DNA from: Eledone cirrhosa
Taxonomy: Eukaryota
NCBI GenBank assembly: GCA_964016885.1
Contig: OZ024742.1
Location: 279,062,001 to 279,126,000 of the forward strand
Length of the DNA stretch: 64,000 bases
Direction of reading: 5' to 3'
Made by a program: the position numbers and the translations under genes. Positions 14,256 to 26,096 of this stretch are shown here, piece by piece. The notes under the pieces were generated by a model. It searched no databases. It was not told where the DNA came from and saw nothing but the letters and a program-made list of their open reading frames with translations. Position 1 is the stretch's first letter. Each line of letters starts with the position of its first letter.

Positions 14256-14690
14256 TTAGCTGTATACTTTATGGAATGTTCTGTGGAATTTATGCAAGCA
14301 GAGAGAAAACAAGTCTGTGCGTCTATTTATTATAGAATCTAAATTAGATATAATGGTAAATTTTTCATTTAGACAGAGATTGCAAGTCTTGGATAGAGAA
14401 CTGTTCAAGTATGGGGAAGCAGAAGAAACCTTTTTCCAAGAGATGTTATATTTAATATTTTTGTCTTTCAAGGACCATATGAGTTCTGAGAGAGCCGTGT
14501 TGGTTCTTTAAGTTGGTATTTAAAAGACGAATGAATATTATAAAGACGAGCTTTAAAGGAGGTGGAAGTGGAGCCAAAATAGGTGAAGGAATTGGTGTCA
14601 GTTATAACTTTACATTCGTAGATTAAGTTTTTATCAAGACAATGGTTGTTGAGAGGACATTTATTTTTAACAGGGCAATTGCAATTGCGA
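14256..14690 (-). pseudogene. PLE GIY-YIG endonuclease C-terminal remnant (Naiad-like signature)
   Basis: CNCPVKNKCPLNNHCLDKNLIYECKV...TYFGSTSTSFKARLY...ISWK...CNLCLNEKFTII...CLHK. Confidence 0.8.
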
Positions 14691-15676
14691 TTAGAGAGAT
14701 TATTAACGAGTGACCTAGTGTTATATATAGAAGGAATTGGATTGGAGAAGTTATTTGCGATAGGAATAATAGTTTCTTGATTTAGAATGGGATTAAGAAC
14801 ATTTAGCGAAGTTGTGTTTGACGTTGTATTTGGGTTTGCAGAAATTAGCCTAGAGTTTACAATGATGTCGGGAGTACTATTACTATTATTATGATATTCT
14901 TTTCTTTTTCTTTTAATTTCTAACCCCTAATCTGTACCTTTTCTCACTGTGCCTAACATACAAACAATTATTACACAATACTATATATTCTTACTTTATA
15001 TCACCTTGAAAAAATCCTTCGTAAACATAAACACGTTTTTTTGATGTTAGATTATTCATCCTCAATTCATAATTTTTTCTCCCTTTCATCTAACTTATTC
15101 AAGCTCATCTCACAATATATCCTTACTTACATTACTTTTGTTTTTTTAATAATACATATCAACATTTTCTTTCCATCGCACATATTATTAAACCCTTAAA
15201 TATTATTCTTAATACATATTAACATCTTCTTTCCATCGTACATATTATTAAACCCTTAAATATTATTCTTAATACATATTAACATTTTCTTTTCATCGCA
15301 CATATTATTAAACCCTTCAATATACAAACCTTACATTTACATTATTTTTCTCTTCGTTAATTTTCAATTCTTTTAATTTATACATTATCTTCCAACGGTT
15401 TTTCAACCTCTCTATGTAAAACAATATATTTTTCTCAGTTATAAAAGCTATCTCTCTCTCTCTATCACCCATCTCTCCTCCTATCTCCTCCTTCCTCATT
15501 ATACTTCTCTGCCTCCGACTGTTTACTCTCATCTCCTCCTCTTTTTCATCCTTTCAAACCACCCCCCTCAAACATTTTTTTCCCAATATCACACATCAAT
15601 CTAAAACTACTTTTCATATGTTGATTTAAAACTGCACTATCCACAAGTGTTTTTTAACCTTCATATCATGTCTTCC

Positions 15677-15747
15677 TATTTTATCTGATGAAAACACAAA
15701 TGTTATTGCATGATGATATTTGTTTTTGAAATGCGCATAATAAAATA
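15677..15747 (+). ncRNA. Minimal type I hammerhead ribozyme
   Basis: tattttat CTGATGA aaacacaaatgttatt gcat gatgatatttgttttt GAAA T GCGC ATA ataaaata. Confidence 0.88.
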
Positions 15748-15897
15748 CATGTAACTCTTTTAACCATCCTTTGATCTTATATATTATGTATACTCCAGTC
15801 CTACAAACTTTAGAGTGCTTCTTATCCGATATCTGCATTGCTTTATTGTACTACAATAAAACTCACCTCCTACATATATATATATATATATATTTAT

Positions 15898-15999
15898 GAA
15901 AATAACAGATTAAAGTTTAAGCAAAGAATCACTGCTTTCACCCTCCCGTTAAAGGTGAAAGCACCGATTCTTTGCTTAAACATTAATCTGTTATTTTAA
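15898..15999. repeat. Short inverted repeat (~45-bp arms)
   Basis: aaaataacagattaaagtttaagcaaagaatc..tgctttcacc / ggtgaaagca..gattctttgcttaaacattaatctgttatttt. Confidence 0.85.
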
Positions 16000-16143
16000 T
16001 AAATATTTTCTCTACGGTTCTTTTATATGTGATATATATTTATCCTTATCGAACCGTCTTTGGATTTTAGTCTTCAAATTTATTATTATTCCTATATATA
16101 TATTTATATATATATAAATTTTAATCCCTCGGCGATATATATA

Positions 16144-16186
<43 letters not shown>

Positions 16187-16190
<4 letters not shown>

Positions 16191-17435
16191 CCGAGGGATT
16201 AAAATTTATCTTACAGAGCAACTTTTTTTATTTCGATGGCAGTACTTACAAGCAAATATCGGGGATTGCGATGGGTACAAAAGCCGCTCCAACGTATGCC
16301 AACTTAGTCATGGCATACTTAGAAGTCCAGATATACGAACAGTACGAATCAAAATACGGATTGAACTTCCACAAATATTTATCAGAGAATTGGAAACGCT
16401 ACTTGGATGATTGTCTCATTCTTTGGTCCCACACACTTGACCAACTGAATGATTTCAAAAATGTAATTAAAGGCATCAATAACCACATCTAATTCACAAT
16501 GGAATACAGCCAAGATCAACTCCCATTTCTGGACATCTTAATCTTAAAAAAAGACACAAATATTGAAACAAACATACACAACAAACCAACAGATTCCAAA
16601 CAATATCTGCTATTCACCTCCAACCATCCAAAGCTCACGAAGTCAAACATTCCTTTCAACCTAGCAAGAAGAATTTGCACAATTGTCTCAAATTATGAAA
16701 CGCGAAATAAAAGACTTCAAGAATTAAAGGAAATTCTACTCGAAAGACAGTACCCACCATTACTAATAAATAATGGAATAGAAAGGGCTAAAGCAATAGG
16801 CATTGATGAATTACGAAAACAGAAACAAATTCAAGGAACGTCAAATATTCTATCATATACCTCGGAAGCTTACAACAATATTCACAAGAACATCCCACTA
16901 TTGAAACAAGACCCAAGAATGAAAAAATCCCTTGAAACACACAAAATAATCAAAAGCAAAAGACAACCGAAATCACTGAAAACATTACTCACCAATGCCA
17001 AATTAACTACCACAAACTCACAACCAACTGTCAAAAAATGTGGTCGCTCTAACTGTGGAACCTGCATTCACCTCATTGAAGGCAACACGTATACATTTCA
17101 ATCAGGACAAAATTTTGCTGTAAAAAATCACCTCACTTTCTCATCAAAAAATCTATTTTATGCCATTAAATGTAAAGGATGCAACGAAGATTATATAGGA
17201 GAAACTAAACTCACACTCAGAAACAGAATGACAGTTCATCGCCAACAATTACGAGATCCAACGACGAGACAGATACCACTAAGTGCACATCTAGACATAT
17301 GCGCAAGTAATAAGACACCCAAATTTCAAGTCTTCCTATTTTACGTTTGCGCTGACAATACAACAGAACAAATCACGAATAAATAATGAAAATATGTTTA
17401 TTCAAAAATATATAGACCGGCATTAAATATGGTTT
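16187..17435 (+). mobile_element. Penelope-like element: 5'-truncated RT + GIY-YIG, interrupted by a stop codon
   Basis: NFFYFDG..YKQISGIAMGTKAAPTYANL, WKRYLDDC, LPFLDI, KPTDSKQYL, CGRSNCGTC, FYAIKC..C..DYIGET; first ~23 bp duplicated in inverted form at 16113-16135. Confidence 0.93.
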
Positions 17436-17641
17436 AATATACATTATGTCAACACCATAACATGATAACCATCCAAACAGACACATACACACACACATAA
17501 CACCTTCTACTTTAGAAAATAAAAGTCCGAACTAAATAAACCTTAATATACGTTTGCGCTGACAATGCAACTGAACAAATACGAATAAATAAGGAAAATA
17601 TGTTCATTCAAAAATATTTCTACTAACGGAATCATTTTCCT

Positions 17642-17673
<32 letters not shown>

Positions 17674-17974
17674 TATATTCTCTTCATCTTAACATGCTAA
17701 CCATACTCCCACACACACATAACGCCCATACACACATACACCCCCCACACACACAACTCCCTCCCCCATTTCTACTAATAGAAAGACTTTCCTACACACA
17801 TACACACTCACAAAATATATATATTCTCTCCATTTTAACATACTCCCAAACACACACACACACATAACACCCATACACACACACACAACTCACTCCGCCG
17901 TGTCTACTAATAGAATCATCTTCCTACATACACACACACACACACACAAGCACACAAATAAACATACATAGCTC

Positions 17975-18207
17975 TACTTTCCTTATGAAAATTAACGTAC
18001 TAAGAGTGAGAAATGAAATTTCGTTTCATTCTATTCCATTTATTGTTTTCGGTGCGCCTGGCCGATTGAACTCACTCGATATGCAAATTAGGCTGCCCAG
18101 CCGTTAATTTTCATAAGGAAAGTATATACTTTCGGACGTTCAACCATCTGGCAGAAAGGTATACGGTGCTGACGATAGCTAATAACCTTGAGACTAGTAC
18201 ATCGTTC
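17975..18207 (+). mobile_element. Dispersed partial copy of the 432-bp hammerhead repeat, with short 5' inversion
   Basis: cgtactaagagtg...atgcaaatt...acggtg CTGACGA tagctaataacctt GAGAC TA GTA catcgt (GAAA>GAGA); 17975-17998 is inverted relative to ~18102-18124. Confidence 0.85.
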
Positions 18208-18244
18208 GGGCCTTAGCAACTCCACTGAAGATGCTCTTCAGAAG

Positions 18245-19797
18245 CTCCTTGGCTAGCAGTACTACCCAGGGAGCTGAAAGAAGGCACAATATGCCCTATC
18301 CATAAAGGAAGTAGTAAAGCGGAGGCCAAAAGCTATAAGCCAGTCTCCCTGACGTCGCATATCAGTAAGGTCATGGAGCGAGTCGTCAGAAAGAAGCTGA
18401 TCACTTTCCTCGAGGAAAATGACCGCCTGACTAGCACGCAGCATTGCTTCTACCCAGGAAGAAGCTGCCTTACACAGCTGCTACACCACTACGACTGGGT
18501 AGTGAAGAACCTGCTGGACAGCTCACATGTGGACGTGATATATCTTGACTTTGCGAAGGCGTTTGACAAGGTCGACCACGGAATGATATGTCACAAACTA
18601 CACGGACTCGGCATAACTGGAAAAGTAGATGAGTGGCTGCATGACATCTTAAAGGACAGAAGCCGGACAGTCGCAGCAAACGGGGCCCTCTCAAAGGAAA
18701 CATCAATAACAAGTGGGGTGCCCCAAGGGACAGTCCTGGGACCACTACTGTTTTTGGTGGCTCTCTCAGACATGCCTTCTGTAGTACATATAACAACATC
18801 CCTCACTAGCTATGCTGATGACACTAAGGTAGCACAGGCAATTAAAAACCCGGCTGACGCTGTCCTTTTACAACAAGATCTGGATGCCATATACAAATGT
18901 GCGGAAGAAAACAATATGCAGTTTAATGTTGACAAATTCCAAGCCCTACAATACAAACCTGAAAGACAAATACAGTACAACACAGTTACGCAGGACCAGG
19001 AGGGACCAATATCCCCGTATCAAAATCGATACGAGACTCGGGTATAGACATGACCGATGATGCATCTTTTTCCTCACACATCATGAAAGTGGCGACAATG
19101 TGCAGACGACTCGCTGGCTGGATCTTGAGGACTTTCCGGACAAGAGACCGAAACACCATGTTGACATTATGGAGGACATTTGTCATAAGCCGCCTGGACT
19201 ATCGCTCCCAGTTGTGGTCACCCCATAGTGTCAAACTAACCACGGAGCTTGAGGCATTCCAGCGAAGCTACACCAAGAGGATTGCCACGATGAAAGAGAT
19301 AAGCTACTGGGAGAGGCTAAAAGAACCAAATTCTACTCCTTGGAACGAAGACGGGAGAGATACGCAGTGATCTACATGTGGAAAATCCTGGAGGGACTAG
19401 CACCTAACTTTGGCATTGGGAGCTGGACCAACCGTCGAACAGGGCGTCACTGTGTGGTGCCAAAGGTCCCTTCTTCCACATCTAGAATAAGGAGCAGATA
19501 TTGCAATAGCCTGGGATTCAAGGGCCCTCAACTCTTCAACGAGATGCCGAGGGATCTGAGAGATCTTCATGGTGTAGGGGTGGATGTCTTCAAGAAACAT
19601 CTCGACACCTTGCTATCCAGGATCCCGGATGAGCCCACAGCAAGGCACGAGGGAAACCAAAGGGCAGCAGCAACAAACTCCCTCTTACACCAGTGTCCAA
19701 CCAATACAGGCTGGAGATAAAATGTGTAGCAAAAGGCGCAGTGCCCCATCATGGGCTCAGCTGGGTGGCTGGAACAGGTAAAAGAGTAAAAGCGTAA
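18245..19797 (+). mobile_element. CR1-group LINE, 5'-truncated, frameshifted RT and 3' end
   Basis: VDVIYLDFAKAFDKVDH, SGVPQGTVLGPLLFL, SYADDTK, SRLDYRSQLWSP, LERRRERY, GPQLFN; short tandem tail gtaaaaga. Confidence 0.92.
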
Positions 19798-19924
19798 TAT
19801 ATAAATATATGTGTGTGTATGTGTATGTGTGTGTGTGTATATTTATATGCAGTTCAACGAGACACCGCACAGAGGTATAATAAAAATCCTAGTTTCACTC
19901 TTTATATTGGAAAAAGGAAAGAAA

Positions 19925-19951
19925 GTTTGATGTGTCGGGCTTAAGCCCGTC

Positions 19952-19955
<4 letters not shown>
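19925..19955 (-). ncRNA. Decayed/truncated hammerhead-like motif
   Basis: (a)TGAAGA cgggc ttaa gcccg ACAC atc; 5' part lost in (TA)n; stem II resembles that at 9263-9292. Confidence 0.35.
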
Positions 19956-20036
<81 letters not shown>

Positions 20037-20332
20037 TTTGCTATTTTCGCGCAAATTTTACCTCGAGTGGTCAGCTGTGTACTGAGATGATATCTTGTAT
20101 ATAGATTTAAATTCATTGGTATACTTCTACTTCCGATTTTGTCAATATATCGGTAGAGTTTATAAACCGTTGGCGAGTGAGTTATATTCAGTATTGCATC
20201 CTGCCGACCTTGTCCAGGTCTCTCAGTTAATTGTCGCTGCCGCCGTAACAATTGTGTACAATCTTGCCTAATTAATAAGATGGCTGATAGATGAGAGTCG
20301 GCTTCTTTATATTACTAATTAGCAATTTAATA

Positions 20333-20548
20333 ATAGTTTCTGATTTAGGCCCAAGACCAACAATAGTGGTTGAAGGGACGTCAATTAAATCGGCCCCAAT
20401 GCATTACTTATGCTTTATTTTATCGAACCAGTAAGGATGAAAGGCAAAGTTAACCTTGCCGGTAGTAAAACTCAGAACATAAAAGACCGTAAACCTATGG
20501 CGCGAATCATGTTGTCCGACGCTCTTTCGGTACCACCAATCCACCACC
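20333..20548 (-). mobile_element. tRNA-derived SINE
   Basis: tttattttatcgaaccagtaaggatgaaaggcaaagttaacctt...aactcag...gtccgacgctct. Confidence 0.8.
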
Positions 20549-21010
20549 CTACTTATCAATTAAATAATAGTAAAGAAAGGAGTGCGGGACTGCATCCAGA
20601 ATATATTCTTTTATCCCGTTTGTAAAATAAGTTGGATTACTTTGAATAAATAATGAATGAATATTACATAATTTATGTGCTAAATTTCGTAAATCTTGAT
20701 TAAATATATTTTATTGCTTATTTAAAGATTCACTTCTTTAAAATTTTCAAATGTCAACACTTCTGGTTATATTATAATAATTATAAAAACATCGCATATA
20801 TTACCGTCGCTAATTTTCTCCTGATGCAGTTTATATAAAATATCGTCTTTTTTAAATGTATCATAGATTACGTTACTGATTGCAGAAGAGAGCGTAACGC
20901 AGTCTTCGTTCAAATTCTGTGTATATTGTCAATTACGATTTTATTTGATGGATCATATCTACATGCATATATATTTGCGTATAATATATATATGCACATG
21001 ACACATGCTA

Positions 21011-21045
21011 CAGAAAAACCACCCGAAAGGTGGTTTTCTGCTAGT
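21011..21045 (+). mobile_element. Candidate Helitron 3' terminus
   Basis: Hairpin ccacc-cgaaa-ggtgg, then 7 nt, then CTAG followed by T. Confidence 0.45.
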
Positions 21046-22106
21046 CGTTCTAATTTCTCTAGAACTGACGCAACGTTTTATAGCACAACATATTCATATT
21101 TATAAGCAATATGTTTATTCTCCTGCTTCGCTCTTTTATTTATTTGCAAGATATTAAAAATATTGTATCCACAACATTAACATTATTGAGAACGATCTCT
21201 TTTTGCTAATTTCGTATCAATTTTACAATGAGCGCTTATGGTGTAGCGATGTGTCTTGTATATGGATTTAAATTCATTTGCACACACAGACACACAGACA
21301 CACAGACACGCACTCACACACAGACACACATGCATACATATATATACATATATATGTGTGTGTGTGTGTTTATCTATGTATATTGTATATATGTGAGAGC
21401 ATGTATATTTATATATATATATATATTAGGATATATATGTATATATATATATTAGAATATATATGTATATATATATATTAGGATACATATGTATATATAT
21501 CTACTCTGAGTTCTTAACTCAATATATATTTGTCGGCTCCATCATGTAGAGGTAATTGTTAATGTCCTGTCAGCCAGGCTGCTATTTTAAGCGGCAGGGA
21601 ATTTCGAGACAAGCTGGGTTCCGAATGACACGTGCGATAATTCATATCGTACACAGTTCATTCTCTAATATGTTTAGAAGTGAAAGGATCACTAATTTCT
21701 CAACAACAACTGAGGAGCAGAGAAACGTGAAAACTTCACTTAATAAGTCGTTGCGAAACCGTCTCCAATACTGTCTAGTTGTTACCAGGCATTTTGCCCA
21801 ATATAGGTCTGTTATTTTTCTTAATTATTCTTAATTTAATATTTAAAGTTAAGGATAACAAACTATATTGCTGTAGTTAGTATTTTTTCACCTTAGCAAA
21901 TTTGGTCCTTGCGATTCGAAAACATGTATGTTTATATTAATGTTCATCTCTCTTCTTTATTCAATTAAATATATATATATGAAAAGTTTGCATTATATCT
22001 TTTCACTACCCACTTCTACAATTTCTTATATAGTATTTTCCATTCTCAACTTATTAACATTTTCTATAGGTTTGGCCGTACTAGCAACACCTACTAATTA
22101 GAGCAG

Positions 22107-22577
22107 CTGTTTATAGACTCTACTGTTTTTGTTATTTTTTTTATTGTTTCCTCACTTTCTAATATTTTTTTATATTTCTTTATATTATTTTTTTATTGTC
22201 TCCTACTCTCATTTGAGTTACCTATTCTATAACCCCCCCCCCCTCTTCCATTTTCTCCAGAACAGCTTTTCGACTTTTCATACAATATCCTTAGAATCTG
22301 CTGTATATATTTCACTTTCAACGCTTGACCGGCTCCACTCACCCCCTCATTGTTCTACACGCAAGTTCAGCCACCCCTACCTCCCACCAAATGCCATGAT
22401 ACACTTATTTGTATTTACAACACATTTTGACCATTCCTCTCAACAACTACAATCTTCCCATATAAAGAAGCACCCCGTGACACGTTCGGCTATTTATTTA
22501 CCAGGTTAAAAATTCTGGTTTAGTCCAGAAATAGCCGCCGAAACGGCTTGAGCTCTGCCGAAGGGGTCATACTTTTT

Positions 22578-22615
<38 letters not shown>

Positions 22616-22726
22616 GGTAAGTCAAATGAGAGGAGACAATAAAAAAATAATAGAAAGAAATATAAAAAATATTAGATAGTGAGAAAAGAAGAAAAAAAAT
22701 AACAAAAACAGTAGAGTCTAGAAACA
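22107..22726. repeat. Inverted repeat (~115-bp arms) enclosing a decayed hammerhead (22472-22567)
   Basis: ctgtttatagactctactgtttttg...catttgagttacc vs ggtaagtcaaatg...caaaaacagtagagtctagaaacag. Confidence 0.75.
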
Positions 22727-22809
22727 GGGGTCATATTTCGTCCTATTGCCCACTCTACTACAGTAAATATTGAGTGCTTTGGTGCGTTATGCTTCCTTAC
22801 CAGAATTCC

Positions 22810-22859
<50 letters not shown>

Positions 22860-23244
22860 TGGCTGCCAACTCGTTTTCGAGTACGGCCACTACTTTATAT
22901 CCATGTAGGAGAACTCCTACTGATGCGCTAAACAAGTGTGACTTTTTAGTCCAGCCAGCGACTTGAAAACTCTGGTACAAACACTACACTTGTGACAATT
23001 ATTGACACATAGTGCTGGGCCCATGGTACCATGTGATGACAAGTGCAGAGAGATCTCCAGATATAGAGCAATGCCTGTGCTGTGAAGCTTTTATAGTGAG
23101 GAAAGGCACTGCACAAAGCCAGTCCCACTCTCTTAACCAAGATGATATTTACCAAAAAGAAGAACAAGTCAACATCATTGGATACCATCAGGGTTGCAGG
23201 TGTTATATCAGAGTTTTCCTTCTCCTAGAATTCTGCTTTGACAA

Positions 23245-23465
23245 AGGCTAAGGGGTCATCTCTCCCGGTGATTTTGGATGGCCATTGACTCTTAAGAGCT
23301 CCTTTGCCCTTTGACAGGTTTTGTTTTTAGTCCTGCAGGATGTCCAGTCACCCTCCTCACCAAGAAACCTTGGTGGGGTTGCCAGTTTAGTCGCCAACGA
23401 CCCGACCATGAGACAGGTTGTACTGGGATACATGTTACCAGTAGCACCAACAGGTGACCTGACAT
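23245..23465 (-). mobile_element. Probable RTE-type LINE 5' UTR fragment
   Basis: Minus strand ccagtacaacctg..catggtcgggtcgttggcgactaaactggcaacccc...aaaacctgtcaaaggg resembles RTE 5' ends as I recall them; no coding support. Confidence 0.35.
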
Positions 23466-23539
23466 AATAATATATATATATACACACACACACACAAATA
23501 TATATATATATTTATATATATATATATATATATATATAG

Positions 23540-23587
<48 letters not shown>

Positions 23588-23679
23588 TTATAATGAAGGA
23601 AGTGTGGTATGGAACCAGGTGGACCATAACGCACGAGAGTACGCAATACTTAGGGTAGTAGAGTGGGTAATAGGAACAT

Positions 23680-23802
23680 ATTCAAGACCCCGACGGCAGA
23701 TCTCAAGCCATTTCGACGGCTATTTCTGAACGGCAATTTCTGAGTCCATAAATAACATTCGAATCGGCCGAGCTCTGCCGTCGGGGTATTGAAACATTTT
23801 CC

Positions 23803-23805
<3 letters not shown>
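23680..23805. repeat. Inverted pair of hammerhead 3' halves, related to 22525-22580
   Basis: accccgacggcagatctc vs gagctctgccgtcggggt; GAA(A/T)-(C/T)GGC-loop-GCCG-TC-GGGGT on both strands. Confidence 0.6.
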
Positions 23806-23874
<69 letters not shown>

Positions 23875-24209
23875 GTTATTAATATACATATAGTTATGTA
23901 TTAGCAATATGAAAAATGAATTACAACACGGGAAGAAAATACAATCGAATGGTGGTGTATTTATTTTTGTGTTTGTTATTAATGAAAAGAAATCTTGACG
24001 TTTCGAAAGGTAATCCTTTATCAGATGATAGAGAAAGGTAGACGATAGCTGAATGGGAGAAAAAAGAAGATCAAGGAAAGCAGGCTTCACTAAAATCAAA
24101 TGGAATATTACAGTTAGCCAGTTTGAAAATACATCAATGAGCTACCTATGTATCCCCCCCCCCGCTCTCCCCACTCTGTCTCACTCTCTCTCTATATATA
24201 TACATTATG

Positions 24210-24263
<54 letters not shown>

Positions 24264-24359
24264 TGTATGTCTAATGTATTTATGTATACAAGAGCATCGA
24301 ACTATATATATATATACAATATATTAACAATATGGAAACTATATTTATAAAACAATATT

Positions 24360-24407
24360 TATTTTATTATACATATTTCAAGTTGTGCGACTTCATCAGA
24401 TAAAATA
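24360..24407 (-). ncRNA. Minimal type I hammerhead ribozyme
   Basis: UAUUUUAU-CUGAUGA-agucgcacaacuu-GAAA-U-AUGU-AUA^AUAAAAUA; perfect stem I, weak stem II. Confidence 0.7.
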
Positions 24408-24609
24408 CAATACAGATTTGTTTTATAAATAAATATTGACATACCCTTAAAAAAGACAACCTGAACGGTTGGAGCTTCCTTGAATCCCAACAAATTAAAT
24501 ATAACCTCTGCATATATATATATGTGTGTGTGTATGTGCGTGTCTGTGTGTGTGTATGTCTGTGTATGAATAAGAAGCAGCACTAAATTTGTGATCCAAA
24601 ATACTCAGG

Positions 24610-24668
<59 letters not shown>

Positions 24669-24677
24669 TTGTATATA

Positions 24678-24747
<70 letters not shown>

Positions 24748-24750
<3 letters not shown>

Positions 24751-24800
24751 AGTTCAAAAGATGGGTAAAGGAGTTCCATGTATTTTATTATGCGCATTTT
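24748..24800 (-). repeat. Fragment of the 13.2/15.7-kb pseudo-LTR, truncated within its hammerhead
   Basis: aagttcaaaagatgggtaaaggagttccatgtattttattatgcgcattt matches 13186-13235. Confidence 0.85.
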
Positions 24801-24822
24801 AAACAATCTGGCAGGAATGTAT

Positions 24823-24865
24823 ACGTTGCTGACGATAGCTAATAAGCTTGAAACTAGTACAGCGT
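24823..24865 (+). ncRNA. Minimal type I hammerhead ribozyme, array copy 1
   Basis: acgttg CTGACGA t agct aata agct t GAAAC TA GTA cagcgt; predicted cleavage after 24859. Confidence 0.88.
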
Positions 24866-25254
24866 TCCTTTGTCAGTGTTGAACAAACGAGCAACGATGG
24901 TTGCTAGACACTACGGCTTAATACGGGATGTTTGTTTACAAACACACCGAGCATTATAATAAATGTTCGGTGAATCCATACGTACATTTATATATGTGTG
25001 CATGTATGTATATATATATATACACATACCACGGTACGTCTGTATACATATATGTATGTACGTGTACATACTTATATTTAAGTAACAGCCGTACTAAGAG
25101 TGGGAAATGAAATTTCGTTTCATTTTTTTCGTTTATCGTTTTCGGTGCACCCGGCCGATTAACCCACTCGATATGCAAATTGGGCTACTCAGCTGTTAAT
25201 ATGATTAAGGAAGGTATATACTTCCAGACGTTCAACAATCTGGCAGGAAAGTAT

Positions 25255-25297
25255 ACGTTGCTGACGATAGCTAATAGGCTTGAAACTAGTACAGCGT
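25255..25297 (+). ncRNA. Minimal type I hammerhead ribozyme, array copy 2
   Basis: acgttg CTGACGA tagctaataggctt GAAAC TA GTA cagcgt; predicted cleavage after 25291. Confidence 0.88.
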
Positions 25298-25686
25298 TCC
25301 TTTGTCAGTGTTGAAGAAACGAGCAACGATGGTTGCTAGACACTACGGCTTAATACGGGATGTTTGTTTACAAACACACCGAGCATTATAATAAATGTTC
25401 GGTGAATCCATACGTAAATATATATATATATGTGTGCATGTATGTATATATATATACATACTACTGTACTTCTGTATACATATATGTATGTACGTGTACA
25501 TACTTATATTTAAGGAATAGCCGTACTAAGAGTGGGAAATGTAGTTTCGTTTCATTTTTTCCGTTTATCATTTTTGGTGCACCCGGCCGATTAACCCACT
25601 CGATATGCAAATTGGGCTACTCAGCCGTTAATATGATTAAGGAAGGTATATACTTCCAGACGTTCAACAATCTGGCAGGAAAGTAT

Positions 25687-25729
25687 ACGTTGCTGACGAT
25701 AGCTAATAGGCTTGAAACTAGTACAGCGT
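25687..25729 (+). ncRNA. Minimal type I hammerhead ribozyme, array copy 3
   Basis: Identical to copy 2; predicted cleavage after 25723. Confidence 0.88.
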
Positions 25730-25845
25730 TCCTTTGTCAGTGTTGAAGAAACGAGCAACGATGGTTGCTAGACACTACGGCTTAATACGGGATGTTTGTT
25801 TACAAACACACCGAGCATTATAATAAATGTTCGGTGAATCCATAC

Positions 25846-25882
<37 letters not shown>

Positions 25883-25950
25883 CATGTATGTATATATATA
25901 TACACACTACTGTACGTCTGTATACATATATGTATGTACATGTACATACG

Positions 25951-26026
<76 letters not shown>

Positions 26027-26041
26027 CTATGTATATATATG

Positions 26042-26096
<55 letters not shown>

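Larger units (their letters stand above)
13181..15875 (-). mobile_element. 5'-truncated Penelope-like element with inverted pseudo-LTR (arms ~13181-14075 and ~14897-15782)
   Basis: ~890-bp inverted arms enclosing a minus-strand GIY-YIG C-terminus; hammerhead in each arm; internal ~60-bp triplication. Confidence 0.9.
24802..25957 (+). mobile_element. Tandem array of 432-bp hammerhead-containing units (~2.7 copies); retrozyme-like
   Basis: Identical landmarks at 24928/25360/25792; one hammerhead per unit; several internal hairpins; no RT coding. Confidence 0.85.

Noticed and set aside
21011-21040. Rho-independent terminator-like hairpin
   Set aside because: Eukaryotic context; better explained as a Helitron-type 3' hairpin
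23375-23465. Possible HDV-like ribozyme in the RTE-like 5' UTR (ccagt...gtcg-ttgg-cgac-taa-actgg)
   Set aside because: P2/P4-like pairings exist but P1 and P3/L3 do not fit the canonical fold
24928-25746. Repeated [21 protein letters not shown] in each 432-bp unit
   Set aside because: Lengths and C-termini differ between units, it runs through a variable microsatellite, and no domain is recognisable
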